Source of the DNA: Candidatus Micrarchaeota archaeon | GTDB lineage: Archaea; Micrarchaeota; Micrarchaeia; Anstonellales; Bilamarchaeaceae | Length of the DNA stretch: 55,620 nt | Direction: 5' to 3' | NCBI GenBank assembly: GCA_018813505.1 | Contig: JAHJBM010000011.1 | Coordinates: 1-55,620, forward strand | Shown here: one piece after another, positions 28,401 to 37,305 of the stretch | Layout: each line of letters opens with the position of its first letter | Numbering within the stretch: position 1 is the stretch's first letter | Position numbers and translations under genes: made by a program | Notes under the pieces: model-generated | Seen by the model: only the letters and a program-made list of their open reading frames with translations | Told to the model about the DNA's origin: nothing | Database searches by the model: none

Positions 28401-29515
28401 CACTGACATTAGCAAATGGTGGCTATAGTCTAACTATTTATGCGAACGACAGTGCAAACAATACTAATTCATCATCGATTCACTTTACTGTGAATTATTC
28501 ACCAACCGTGGATGGTCAAATTGAAACATCTGATGAATCATCTTCAAAGCCAGAGGCATCATTAAGCTGGGAAAATATTTGTCCAGATAATGAATTAGAA
28601 GTCACTATAAAAAGAGGTTCTGCTATTTCAGGTGCAACAATAAAACTTATTTTGGTGGATCCATATGCTGGCATCATAGATACAAAACTAACTGACGGTA
28701 CTGGAAAAACATTATTCGCATTAGAACGATCAGGGACCTATAGATTAATTGTATCACATTCGAGTTATACGTTTGATAATCCATATGAATTTGATTATGC
28801 GATGTGCCGGGAGTGCATTGTTGATTCAGAATGTGATGCTGGCTTTGAATGTGTTGAGGGTGCATGCAGTGGGACACTAATTCCTGATACTGTTGAATGT
28901 ATTTTGGATTCAGATTGTCTTTCTACTGAAACCTGTACTAATTCAGTATGTTTACCTGTTCAACTGGGCCAATGCGGTTATATTGCAAATCACAGCTGGT
29001 ATGATTATGAATGTTGCACAAACTCGCAATGCAATGACGGGTATAAGTGCGTTGGTCACACTTGCATTCCATTAGAAATGGAGAATATGACAGTAAAAAT
29101 CTCATTTCCGACAGTACTGGAGCTTAATACTTCTCTTGAACAAATACTACCTGCAGGAACTGAAAACATCACTGTCAGAATATGGATCGATTCAGAAATA
29201 TGTAGTGAATGTGTCGTTGGAATACTGACTCTCAATGGCCGAGAATTCTCGGGAATTACTGATACTGATGGTTTCATTTCATTTCATTTTGCTGGTGATG
29301 GAATTTACAAATTCATATTGGTGGATACTGAAGGTGGATCTACGCGGGAATCATTCTTGAACATCTCAGTAGAATCAATACCATTGGTTAATCCTCCAAC
29401 CTTAGAAGATGAGCCAAAGACCTGGATTACGATATCCTCATATCTTGGCCTAGGTTTTATCCTTATCATTCTGATTATACTCTTGATCTATTGGAAGAAT
29501 AAGAAGAAAAAATAA
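25442..29515 (+). CDS. Giant secreted surface glycoprotein: duplicated right-handed beta-helix (PbH1/NosD-like) modules, two Ig-like domains, Cys-rich modules, C-terminal TM anchor
   Basis: Signal peptide MRFIRPICYLVVLLLILFTFPVAHA (the start may be 25466). There are two large paralogous modules (NITIENCPNISVYTYGVY / NITIRNCPNISSYTVGLY). N-x-S/T sequon density is very high. Three C-x-D-S-x-C...C modules are present. The tail is LGFILIILIILLIYWKNKKKK. Confidence 0.7.
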   Translation: MVQSSVNHMRFIRPICYLVVLLLILFTFPVAHAQDAVYDGVLGAPKCSGSSSPCIAASALLISRDSMGGTQEPNQPNTLDGCTDGGTGNYGSEESVENITITDLDTSNFAGGDNVRVTVGYHAFESSGVGDYVSVWYTNSTSSITWQFIGTFALSDGSYATHDFDFVLDDVVGEHAVRAQIRYNGADSSCLLGAYDDNDDLVFQVDAGEVIPDTRINITGCTEISSNGSYKLNQILSGANISATPYSDLACLKITTSNVAISCEGYNISNNGTTGTTFGILINGTVDMQYNNITIENCPNISVYTYGVYSSFANVTLSNSTIFNNTYNMYLNASNTSASSYTLYNADLFDLIINNSGGSDQIVNISSMIFDNSAGGLVDYTTISLNDTVSSGSAYSLNWSAIPFTLPTNYNSFENKYLNLSTISGTVSIEQILWHWTNAETIGYTESQLQLYGYSASIWDQLNDSPDTTEHTLGLTDLVPGTVYGILESPTPSGCQLIDAPGIYTLNIDATGAPTDYDIFTASACIVIDSSDVELNCDGHSITGDDTGTYQTKVGIFAGDLASLQNITIRNCPNISSYTVGLYTYSINESSFSNITIYNTTGIVTYGAYLSVFSYSDVSNLTVYNTTGNGIDIYGSNVTFSDTLVYDSDAYGIYVNGFASNHTFSNATVHSSVAGIHTASYLTNISVAHLYNNTVDLELYGGTADVIIYLDNVVFDSASGTYVNYTNLSMSDTLPEDMMYGGERYTITHTTNSSTLPTDYSSFAQKFINITNTSRPVSIDSISWTWLESELTGYTEADFELWKYDASGWTLLNDTPDTTNNIITLSALVPSGEYAILLNDTASDSTYPTISLEYPENTTYSTNESLPLNYTVADETAIDSCWYSLDDGASVSLAGCTNTTFNVVAGDGWHNITVYVNDSANNTNSTIQYFSIDSTYPTISLEYPENTTYSTNSIALQYLVSDSNLDSCWYNLNGESNTTLAGCGNTTLTLANGGYSLTIYANDSANNTNSSSIHFTVNYSPTVDGQIETSDESSSKPEASLSWENICPDNELEVTIKRGSAISGATIKLILVDPYAGIIDTKLTDGTGKTLFALERSGTYRLIVSHSSYTFDNPYEFDYAMCRECIVDSECDAGFECVEGACSGTLIPDTVECILDSDCLSTETCTNSVCLPVQLGQCGYIANHSWYDYECCTNSQCNDGYKCVGHTCIPLEMENMTVKISFPTVLELNTSLEQILPAGTENITVRIWIDSEICSECVVGILTLNGREFSGITDTDGFISFHFAGDGIYKFILVDTEGGSTRESFLNISVESIPLVNPPTLEDEPKTWITISSYLGLGFILIILIILLIYWKNKKKK
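27971..28297. repeat. Intragenic tandem domain duplication (267-nt period) with a 60-nt perfectly identical core
   Basis: GATAGCACCTATCCAACAATATCATTAGAATACCCAGAAAACACAACCTACAGTACAAAT occurs at 27971-28030 and again at 28238-28297 (protein DSTYPTISLEYPENTTYSTN twice). The remainder of the two 89-aa domains has diverged. Confidence 0.9.
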
Positions 29516-29540
29516 TAATCAGAAAAATCATCATTAATGT

Positions 29541-30980
29541 TTATGGACAATGATTTTCATCTTCCAGAGTTTCAGTATCAAATCCAAAATTACCTACAAA
29601 ATATTCTGTAAGGTCTGATCCATACACATCCGACATCGTGGTTTTTATGAAATATCCGCTTTCTCTGTTACAATTAGTATTATCATCTTCCATTGTTTGC
29701 AAAAGTTCTTGAAAAAATCCTGGCTGTTCCTGCTCAAGCATATGGAATGCGCATGCCGCACTGTCATATGCCGGCATATTCTCTCCATGCAAATCTACGA
29801 TAGAAACAAACTCCTCGCTGCAGTCTATCTCATCATTTATCGTTTTTGTTGTGTATTGTGCTATTCCTTCCTCTGCCCAGTATGGTTTTTTCAAATAGAG
29901 TTGCACATGATGTGCCATTTCATGCGGTATTGCAGTATTCCACATATCTGCTATCTGTGGATTATCTATATTATCAGTCCAAGGGTAGCATACTGTCCAG
30001 ATTCCATTTGAACTGCCTAACCAATCGCCATATCCTTGTTCAAGGATTGTATTGAATGTAAAATCTGTTGTATCTGAATATGGTTCAACCTCAAGTATTT
30101 CCATTACCTGTGGGTAATACTCCTGCATGCTGTCCATTGCAATTTCTGCACATTCTTCATCTCCATCGTAATATTTGACTGTGAATCTTCCTTCACTCAT
30201 TTCATTTCGTGTTCCTAAATCTGATAGTGTAATCTTCCCAACATTCCATTCTCCAGATGATAATTCTTTTGGTGTTTCATCATAATCATAGATAAATTCG
30301 TCTATGTATCCTTCTTTGTAAATCGTCAAGAAAAAATAGTATGGTGGTTCTCCTAATCTATAGCCTAATTCTCCTTCTGTTATATCTGAATCTGAAAAAT
30401 AGAAACTTCCATCTGCCGTTGTTTTTTCATCAAGAATATACATTCTATAAATTTTTCCGTTACTTACGCTTTGGCTAGTCAACTGGACTGTGGCTCCGGA
30501 AATTCCAGAACCAGTTGAATCAACTACTTCTCCTTTTATTGAAATTGAACCAGATTCTGAAGGTTCTAAGATGCAATAGTTGTTTATACACTCATATCCT
30601 TCATCACATTTTGGATTTGCATACTGACATCCTTTTTTCAAAACACAATCATTATTTATGCAATTATACTCAGAGTCGCATCTTGGATTATTATACTGAC
30701 AACCTTTCTTCAAAATACATTCGTTGCCAATACAATTATAATCGTGATCACATGCAGGATTATCATAGTCACAACCTTGTTTTAGAATACAAGAATTGCT
30801 GATGCAATCATACTTAGCGTCACATACCGGATCACAACCTTCTTCTATAATCGAAGTATTGTTATCATCTACTACTGAATTTGTCGTTGTATTTTGTTCT
30901 GGACCGTGTGTATCGTCTGAGATACAACCAAATAAAAAAAGCAAAATCACGAAACAAGATAGATACTTTATTGAGTTCAT
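29541..30980 (-). CDS. Secreted (lipobox-like) Cys-rich protein with putative HExxH metallopeptidase domain
   Basis: Signal plus LFGC. Four tandem Cys modules (GCDYDNPACDHDYNCIGNECIL and similar). A carboxypeptidase-regulatory-like segment GISGATVQLTS. IPHEMAHHVQ gives an HExxH motif. Confidence 0.6.
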   Translation of the reverse strand: MNSIKYLSCFVILLFLFGCISDDTHGPEQNTTTNSVVDDNNTSIIEEGCDPVCDAKYDCISNSCILKQGCDYDNPACDHDYNCIGNECILKKGCQYNNPRCDSEYNCINNDCVLKKGCQYANPKCDEGYECINNYCILEPSESGSISIKGEVVDSTGSGISGATVQLTSQSVSNGKIYRMYILDEKTTADGSFYFSDSDITEGELGYRLGEPPYYFFLTIYKEGYIDEFIYDYDETPKELSSGEWNVGKITLSDLGTRNEMSEGRFTVKYYDGDEECAEIAMDSMQEYYPQVMEILEVEPYSDTTDFTFNTILEQGYGDWLGSSNGIWTVCYPWTDNIDNPQIADMWNTAIPHEMAHHVQLYLKKPYWAEEGIAQYTTKTINDEIDCSEEFVSIVDLHGENMPAYDSAACAFHMLEQEQPGFFQELLQTMEDDNTNCNRESGYFIKTTMSDVYGSDLTEYFVGNFGFDTETLEDENHCP

Positions 30981-31079
30981 AACTTAGGTTTGCTCCTTTT
31001 ATTAATAAAACCTATGCAGTTAGTTTGCAATCCCATATTATCTTGGATTTTTAATTGTATTCTGACATATTGGTAAATC

Positions 31080-32501
31080 ATGAAAGAGGTTAATCATAAT
31101 TCTGGACCCCACTATACATGGCATCACACTTGGTCTAGAAATTATGGTGTGCAATATGGAGAGTTACTGCTTACTTCAATGACTACAAAATGCAATGGTG
31201 CAGCTTCAATACTAAAACATCATCTTCTATATCCGGATAATAAAAACATAGGACATTTTATTCGTGGCGATGACTGGGACAAATTTGTTGTTGCTATGGA
31301 AATCATATTATCCGATGAGGTTCTAATCGACAAGGAAATTTCATTATGCAAATCCTCTGCCAAAGATTATATTGATTTTGGAAAGATGCTCAGCAAAGTC
31401 GATCTCAAAAACTGTAGCAACCTGGAACTTCTTACGCATTACAATAGCTTACTGGAAAAATGGACGCGCTACACCGTATATCTCTGGTCATTCTTTATCC
31501 TAAATGAAATTCTTTGCCCAAAATCAGAGCGTTTTCTCCAAGAAAAACGAATCCAGTTCGATTCTGAAGAAAAGTTCGATGATTTTGTCAAATATTTTAC
31601 AAGTCCAATAGAAAAATCATCCATTCTCAAGCTTAATCACGAGTTGCGGGAAGTAAAAAATAGTTTTTCTGAGACAAAACTCAAGGCCATTTGCAAAAGA
31701 TATCTTTGGGTTCCCTGCCTTGACATCCATCTTCTGCCATGGGATGAAAATCATCTGATGGAGTATTTTGAAACACATGATTTTGCCGAAGTATCAACTC
31801 CTGATAGTTCAATACTTGATAAATTAAATCTGACTGATAAAGAACTCAAATTCATTTCGATCAACAGAAAAATGACCTATATGAAAGATCTAAGGGATGA
31901 ATATCGCCGCAAGGGAGTTTACTATTCGCAAAAGCTGTTCTTGGAACTGGCAACAAGAATGGGCATTGATCTAACCGACACGTCATTTCTTACAATCAAA
32001 GAAATCACCGATTTCCTGACAAAAAACACGCCTCCCGATAAAACTCTCATCGCTGAAAGAAGATCAAATGGCTTCATGATATTTGAAAAAAACGATCAGA
32101 TCTGCTGCGTTTGCGGTTCTGATGAAATAGCTTTATCCTGCAAGGAATTCGGTTTCACAAAATCAAATCGAGCCATGACAACTCAAGAGATATCTGGCAT
32201 AATCGGGTCAAAAGGAAAAGCCACTGGAACCGTAAAAATCATTGTCACCGAAGACGATCTTCACAAGATTTCAAAAGGGGATGTTATTGTAGCGCTTACT
32301 ACAAACCCTGCTTACACCCCTGCAATGGCAAAGGCCGTTGCATTCGTAACTGATCAGGGCGGCATTACGTGCCATGCAGCAATAGTCGCAAGGGAAATGA
32401 AAAAACCGTGTATCATAGGTACGCAAAATGCAACATCGATTTTGAAAGACGGCGATCTGGTCGAAGTGGATGCAGATAATGGAAAAGTAAGAAAGTTATG
32501 A
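31080..32501 (+). CDS. PEP-utilising enzyme mobile (swivel phosphohistidine) domain protein with uncharacterised N-terminal region
   Basis: The C-terminal 100 aa (GKATGTVKII...VALTTNPAYTPAMAKAVAFVTDQGGITCHAAIVAREMKKPCIIG) is the PEP_mobile signature including the phospho-His. I saw no ATP-grasp or PEP/pyruvate TIM-barrel motifs in the first roughly 370 aa. Confidence 0.7.
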   Translation: MKEVNHNSGPHYTWHHTWSRNYGVQYGELLLTSMTTKCNGAASILKHHLLYPDNKNIGHFIRGDDWDKFVVAMEIILSDEVLIDKEISLCKSSAKDYIDFGKMLSKVDLKNCSNLELLTHYNSLLEKWTRYTVYLWSFFILNEILCPKSERFLQEKRIQFDSEEKFDDFVKYFTSPIEKSSILKLNHELREVKNSFSETKLKAICKRYLWVPCLDIHLLPWDENHLMEYFETHDFAEVSTPDSSILDKLNLTDKELKFISINRKMTYMKDLRDEYRRKGVYYSQKLFLELATRMGIDLTDTSFLTIKEITDFLTKNTPPDKTLIAERRSNGFMIFEKNDQICCVCGSDEIALSCKEFGFTKSNRAMTTQEISGIIGSKGKATGTVKIIVTEDDLHKISKGDVIVALTTNPAYTPAMAKAVAFVTDQGGITCHAAIVAREMKKPCIIGTQNATSILKDGDLVEVDADNGKVRKL

Positions 32502-32521
32502 ATATTATAAAATACCAGTCA

Positions 32522-33964
32522 TTACTTTTGTTTTCTCACACGCTCAAGTATTTTACTGTCAGTAATCGCAGGTCCAGAAACAGAAAGTACTTTTTCCAGA
32601 TCATTTTTTTCCATGAGCCTTTTCTGCAACACCAATTCCTTTATCGGAATGCCATTTTTTTGCGATTCTGTGACCAGCTTTGATACGAGCGAATATCCAA
32701 GATATGGATTAAGAGCAGTTGCCTGTGCAAATGTCCCTTCAAGCAATGATTTAGTTCTCTCTTCATCCACTTCCATTCCTTCAATACATTCCTCTCTAAA
32801 CAAGCGTGTGCCATTGGTAAGAAGCACAAGCGACTGGAGCAGATTGTGTGCTATTATAGGTGCGCCAAAGTTCAGTTCAAGTTGTCCAGACTGTGCCGCG
32901 AGTTCTATTGTTCTGTCATTGCCACAAACCTGCCAGCATATCATATTCACTGCTTCGGGAATTGACGGATTTACTTTTCCTGGCATTATTGAAGAACCTG
33001 GTTCAATCGCTGGTAGTTTTATCTCTGTAATTCCAGCATTTGGTCCTGATCCAAGCAATCTCAAATCATTCGCAATTCGATTCAGTGTGCTTGCATAATT
33101 TCTCATAACACCGCTTACAAAAAGCAAATCATTCATGCTCTGTGTTTTTTCTACCGGATCTTTTGCAGGAACATACCATTCGCCTTCAATGCCAGTATCA
33201 TTATTATTTTCGATTTTATTTATCTCAGCGACAATTGTTTTGCGAAATTCCGGGTGTGCAGTTATTCCTGTACCTGTTGCAGTACCGCCAATTCCAAGTT
33301 CACGTGCCTTTTCAAGCGAGCGCTCAAGATTTGTTGTTTCAGAATCTATCGCTTCTGCATAAGCGCCAAACATCTGCCCATATGTCATTGGTACAGCATC
33401 CATCAAATGCGTTCTACCACATTTCATTGTTTTTGAATATCTGTCAGCTTTTTTTCTGAATTCATTTTCTAATAGTTCCATTTCGATTGCAAGTTTTTTG
33501 GACAGCTTTACACATGCAATTCTTACTGCACTTGGCATCACATTGTTCGAGCTTTGGGACATGTTCACATGATTATTTGGATGAACTTTGTCATATTTTC
33601 CTTTTTCTCCGTCTAAAATCTCGTTTGCCCTGTTGGCAAGCACTTCATTCACGTTCATATGTGTCGGCGTGCCTGCACCTGCCTGGAATGCATCGATTAT
33701 AAACTGGTTATCGTATTTTCCTGCAAGGGCTTCATCAGCAGCCTTTGTTATGGCATCTGCTTTTCCGGCTTCCAGCATTCCGAGTTTTTTATTTGCAAGT
33801 GCGGCAGCCTTCTTAATCACAATAACTGCCCGAACGAATTCTGGATTTGCCATCTGTCCACTTAATTTGAATGTGGAACTTGCCCGTACAGTAAATATTC
33901 CATAATAAGCATCTTCAGGAACTTCCATCTCTCCCAAGAAGTCAGATTCTTTTCGTGTTTTCAT
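32522..33964 (-). CDS. aspA: Aspartate ammonia-lyase (fumarase/aspartase class II family)
   Basis: GSSIMPGKVNPSIPEAVN has the aspartase-type xxPE rather than the fumarase TQCE. QAGAGT and DAYYGIFTVRA are also aspartase-like. ATG at 33964 is preferred to TTG at 33976. Confidence 0.78.
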   Translation of the reverse strand: MKTRKESDFLGEMEVPEDAYYGIFTVRASSTFKLSGQMANPEFVRAVIVIKKAAALANKKLGMLEAGKADAITKAADEALAGKYDNQFIIDAFQAGAGTPTHMNVNEVLANRANEILDGEKGKYDKVHPNNHVNMSQSSNNVMPSAVRIACVKLSKKLAIEMELLENEFRKKADRYSKTMKCGRTHLMDAVPMTYGQMFGAYAEAIDSETTNLERSLEKARELGIGGTATGTGITAHPEFRKTIVAEINKIENNNDTGIEGEWYVPAKDPVEKTQSMNDLLFVSGVMRNYASTLNRIANDLRLLGSGPNAGITEIKLPAIEPGSSIMPGKVNPSIPEAVNMICWQVCGNDRTIELAAQSGQLELNFGAPIIAHNLLQSLVLLTNGTRLFREECIEGMEVDEERTKSLLEGTFAQATALNPYLGYSLVSKLVTESQKNGIPIKELVLQKRLMEKNDLEKVLSVSGPAITDSKILERVRKQK

Positions 33965-34073
33965 AAACAGCACCAATACTCTCGTTTGTTTATCTTATAT
34001 TATAAATTTATCAGAAATAATGTTTTTAGGGGTGAGCAAGAAATACTTATCTGCTAACTCTTTTCTTAATTCT

Positions 34074-34484
34074 CTATTCCACAATTTTTATATATTCATT
34101 TGCAATTTTTAAATTCTCATTTGCTTCAAACTCCGAGATCATGCCCTCTTCATCATATATCACTTCGTGTCGTTTTCTTCTAACTCTATCGAACATTTCA
34201 ATAAAATCGTCATATTTTCCTTCAAATGTTGCTTTTACGAATTCAACAACTATCTTATGTTGCTCTTCTTCTTGAGCACGATACCCATAAGAAAACATTA
34301 GTGCTCTGGAAATCTGTAGCATTGCATTATAAGAAACAATAAAAGATCAATCCAAATTTTCAGTGATTAATGTTTTGGCTACATTTAGATCTCTTTTAGC
34401 AAGTTCAATCAGGTTCTTGATTTGTTTTTTATCTATTGGTATCTCTCTAATTCTTCCTTTTTTCTTCAGTTCGTTCAAGTTCAT
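34074..34484 (-). pseudogene. HEPN-domain toxin gene interrupted by an in-frame TGA (opal) at 34347-34349
   Basis: ATG at 34484 opens MNLNELKKKGRIREIPIDKKQIKNLIELAKRDLNVAKTLITENLD, then TGA, and the same frame continues SFIVSYNAMLQISRALM...RVRRKRHEVIY (R-x(4-6)-H HEPN motif). The total of 136 codons is a normal HEPN length. The 5' end overlaps the MNT gene by 38 nt. Confidence 0.65.
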
Positions 34485-35034
34485 ACTCATTCCCCAAAAT
34501 GAATATTTTTTTCTTGTTCATTATGTTTTTTATAAATCCATGCCTTTTTTTCTCAAACTCATCCACAGTATAAATACTATATTGTATCTCTCTGCACAGT
34601 TTTCTTTCTATTTTTGATATTGTTTTGTTGATTATCCTAACGTTCGGATACCCTATTATCATCAAATCAATATCACTTTTTGGGCCAAACTTTTCTTCTG
34701 CATAAGACCCGAAGATGAATGCATATTCTATCCCATAAATACTCTTGAGCTGTTCTTGAAGTATTGATTCAATTCCCTCACTTTTCATTATTATGTTTTT
34801 GAATTCTTTGTAAAGCGTGAAATCTTTGTCAAGTTTATACTGGTGGATATTTGCTATTTTATTTTTTTTAAGAACTCCGATATCTCTTAATTTTTCAAGT
34901 TCGTTTCGTGCCTGATTTATGTTAATATTTAAAAGTCGTGAAACTTCTCTAATATGGTAACCATCATTCTCATTCAAATAAAACAATCTCAATATCGATG
35001 TCCTTGCTTTTGATCCGATAATTCTTTCAAGCAT
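34447..35034 (-). CDS. wHTH-fused minimal nucleotidyltransferase (MNT antitoxin-type)
   Basis: N-terminal winged helix (ILRLFYLNENDGYHIREVSRLLNININQARNELEKLRDIGVL). NTase core FIFGSYAEEKFGPKSDIDLMIIG (G-S ... D-x-D). Confidence 0.8.
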   Translation of the reverse strand: MLERIIGSKARTSILRLFYLNENDGYHIREVSRLLNININQARNELEKLRDIGVLKKNKIANIHQYKLDKDFTLYKEFKNIIMKSEGIESILQEQLKSIYGIEYAFIFGSYAEEKFGPKSDIDLMIIGYPNVRIINKTISKIERKLCREIQYSIYTVDEFEKKRHGFIKNIMNKKKIFILGNEYELERTEEKRKN

Positions 35035-35265
35035 GTATACTTATTATATACAATTGTTTAATAAATATAGTCAGCAACACTTTCGTTTTTTCTCGCGCGT
35101 ATGTCCATCACTATTTTTATTTCCAGCAACTATGGGGTATTTATATGTTCTACATGTAACTCAGAACCAGATTTTATCAGGAGTCTGGACATTTTTGGCT
35201 CTATATATACATAACTACCAAGGGCAATTTAAGAGAGCAAATCTAAAAATAAGTTGGTTGAGCAT

Positions 35266-37305
35266 ATGGAACTCATAGTTGCAGAAAAGCCAAGCGTTGC
35301 TGAAAAAATAGCGAATGCGATCGGGGACAATGTGAAAAAACAGCATCATAATGGTGTAGCATATTATGAAGCTACATGTGACGGCAATGAAGTTGTGATA
35401 GCACCTGCTGTTGGTCACATATATACATTAGTAGAACGGGAGAAATCTAGGTCATATCCAGCGTTTGATATAGAATGGGTGCCTGCCTATCAAGTTTCCA
35501 AAGCCGCCGAGTATACAAAAGGTTATGTTGAAACACTCCAAAAACTTGGAAAGAAAGCAGATATGTTTGTCTCTGCGTGTGATTATGATCTTGAAGGGTC
35601 TACTATTGCATATAATATCTTTAGGTATGCAACAACCATAAGAGAAGGACAAAGGATGAAATTTTCAGCACTTACAAAGACTGATCTTGTTGAAGCTTAT
35701 CACAATCGCGGTGATTTTGATTACAATAATGCATATGCGGGTGAAACCAGACATGTGGTCGATTGGTATTATGGTATAAATCTAAGTCGTGCTCTGATGT
35801 CTGCTCTTAACCGGGCACATAAATATCGTGTTCTTTCCATTGGACGGGTACAAGGGCCAGCATTATCTATTCTATCTGATCTTGAGCTTAAGATAAAGGC
35901 GTTTGTTCCTACTCCCTATTGGGAAGTCTCTACAAACATCAAAAATACTGAGTTCATGCATTCAAAGGGCAGGTTTTTGAAAGAGGGGGATGCAAAAAAA
36001 GCCATTGACAATACGTCTGATAGTGGTGAAATAACAAAAATCGAAAGAAAAGAACAGGAAATCCAACCTGGCCCGTGTTTTGATCTCACGAGTTTACAAG
36101 TCGAGGCATATAAACTTTTCAAATTCATACCCTCAAAAACACTTCAGCTTTCGCAGTCGTTGTACGAAGCAACCATGATCACATACCCTAGAACATCATC
36201 GCAAAAAATTCCATCGACAATAAAGATCACACCTATCGTCTCTGCTTTGGCGTCAATGGAAGAATACAAATCACTGGCAGAGAAGCTTATAGAGAACAAA
36301 TGGCTAAAGCCTATCCAGGGAAAGAAAGATGATCCGGCACACCCTGCAATTCATCCGACTGGTGTGGGTGGAAATCCCAGGGCAGATGAAAAAAAACTCT
36401 ATGATCTTATTGTAAGGCGATTCCTTTCATCATGTGCTCAACCTGCAATGCGGGAGCAGAATCGTGTCGAGGTCGATTCAAACGGGGAGTCATATTCAGT
36501 TTCAGGTAGTAGGATTATCGAAAAAGGGTGGACCGAATTTTATGGCAAATATTATACTACGGAAGATAAAGAGCTCCCGAAATTTGAGAAGGGGGAAGAA
36601 GTTGATATCAAGGACAAACAGAATATCAAGAAAGAGACCAAGCCGCCAAAAAGATACACTCAGGCATCAATAGTTTCAGAACTTGAAAAGCGCCATCTTG
36701 GTACAAAAGCCACAAGATCTGTGATTATCGAAACATTGTTCAAACGCGGTTATGTTGATGGCAAATCTATAGATGTTACTGACTTTGGTTTGAAAGTAAA
36801 GGACATTCTGATCAAATATGCGCCGGAAATTCTTGATGAGAATCTTACAAAAAAAATGGAAGATGACATCGAACTTGTGCAAGGTGGCAAAATAGAAAAG
36901 GATCAGGTAATCAAAGAAAGCAAAGAAATCCTGACACAAATACTTGATAAATGGAAATCAAACGAAGTGAAAATAGGTAAAGAACTTGCAGATGCATTAA
37001 TGGTTACCATACAACAGGAGAATATACTTGGTCCATGTGATAAATGTGACAATCAATTAAGGATGATAAAGATGAAAGCAGGTCGTCAATTTATCGGTTG
37101 TACTGGTTATCCTAAGTGTACTAACACCTATCCACTTCCGACGGGTGCATTGGTAAAAAAGGTTGAAAAACCCTGTTCTCAGTGTAACAAGCCAATGGTA
37201 AGCGTTATAAAAGGTAAAAGGAAATATTATACAATGTGCATTGATCCAAATTGCCCATCAAAAGCTAGCTGGAAGAAAAGTGATCCCAATGCGAAAAATA
37301 GCTGA
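35266..37305 (+). CDS. topA: DNA topoisomerase I (type IA, archaeal TopA)
   Basis: TOPRIM LIVAEKPSVAEKIA and CDYDLEGS, active-site Tyr context ITYPRTSSQ, and two C-terminal zinc ribbons (CDKCDN...CTGYPKC, CSQCNK...CIDPNC). Confidence 0.92.
   Translation: MELIVAEKPSVAEKIANAIGDNVKKQHHNGVAYYEATCDGNEVVIAPAVGHIYTLVEREKSRSYPAFDIEWVPAYQVSKAAEYTKGYVETLQKLGKKADMFVSACDYDLEGSTIAYNIFRYATTIREGQRMKFSALTKTDLVEAYHNRGDFDYNNAYAGETRHVVDWYYGINLSRALMSALNRAHKYRVLSIGRVQGPALSILSDLELKIKAFVPTPYWEVSTNIKNTEFMHSKGRFLKEGDAKKAIDNTSDSGEITKIERKEQEIQPGPCFDLTSLQVEAYKLFKFIPSKTLQLSQSLYEATMITYPRTSSQKIPSTIKITPIVSALASMEEYKSLAEKLIENKWLKPIQGKKDDPAHPAIHPTGVGGNPRADEKKLYDLIVRRFLSSCAQPAMREQNRVEVDSNGESYSVSGSRIIEKGWTEFYGKYYTTEDKELPKFEKGEEVDIKDKQNIKKETKPPKRYTQASIVSELEKRHLGTKATRSVIIETLFKRGYVDGKSIDVTDFGLKVKDILIKYAPEILDENLTKKMEDDIELVQGGKIEKDQVIKESKEILTQILDKWKSNEVKIGKELADALMVTIQQENILGPCDKCDNQLRMIKMKAGRQFIGCTGYPKCTNTYPLPTGALVKKVEKPCSQCNKPMVSVIKGKRKYYTMCIDPNCPSKASWKKSDPNAKNS

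Noticed and set aside
34347-34349. Genome-wide reassignment of TGA to a sense codon as the explanation for the in-frame TGA in the HEPN gene
   Set aside because: TGA terminates several conserved genes at their expected ends in this window (topA at 37303-37305, the first FtsX permease at 22577-22579, the ABC ATPase at 19772-19774). All long ORFs are intact under the standard code.
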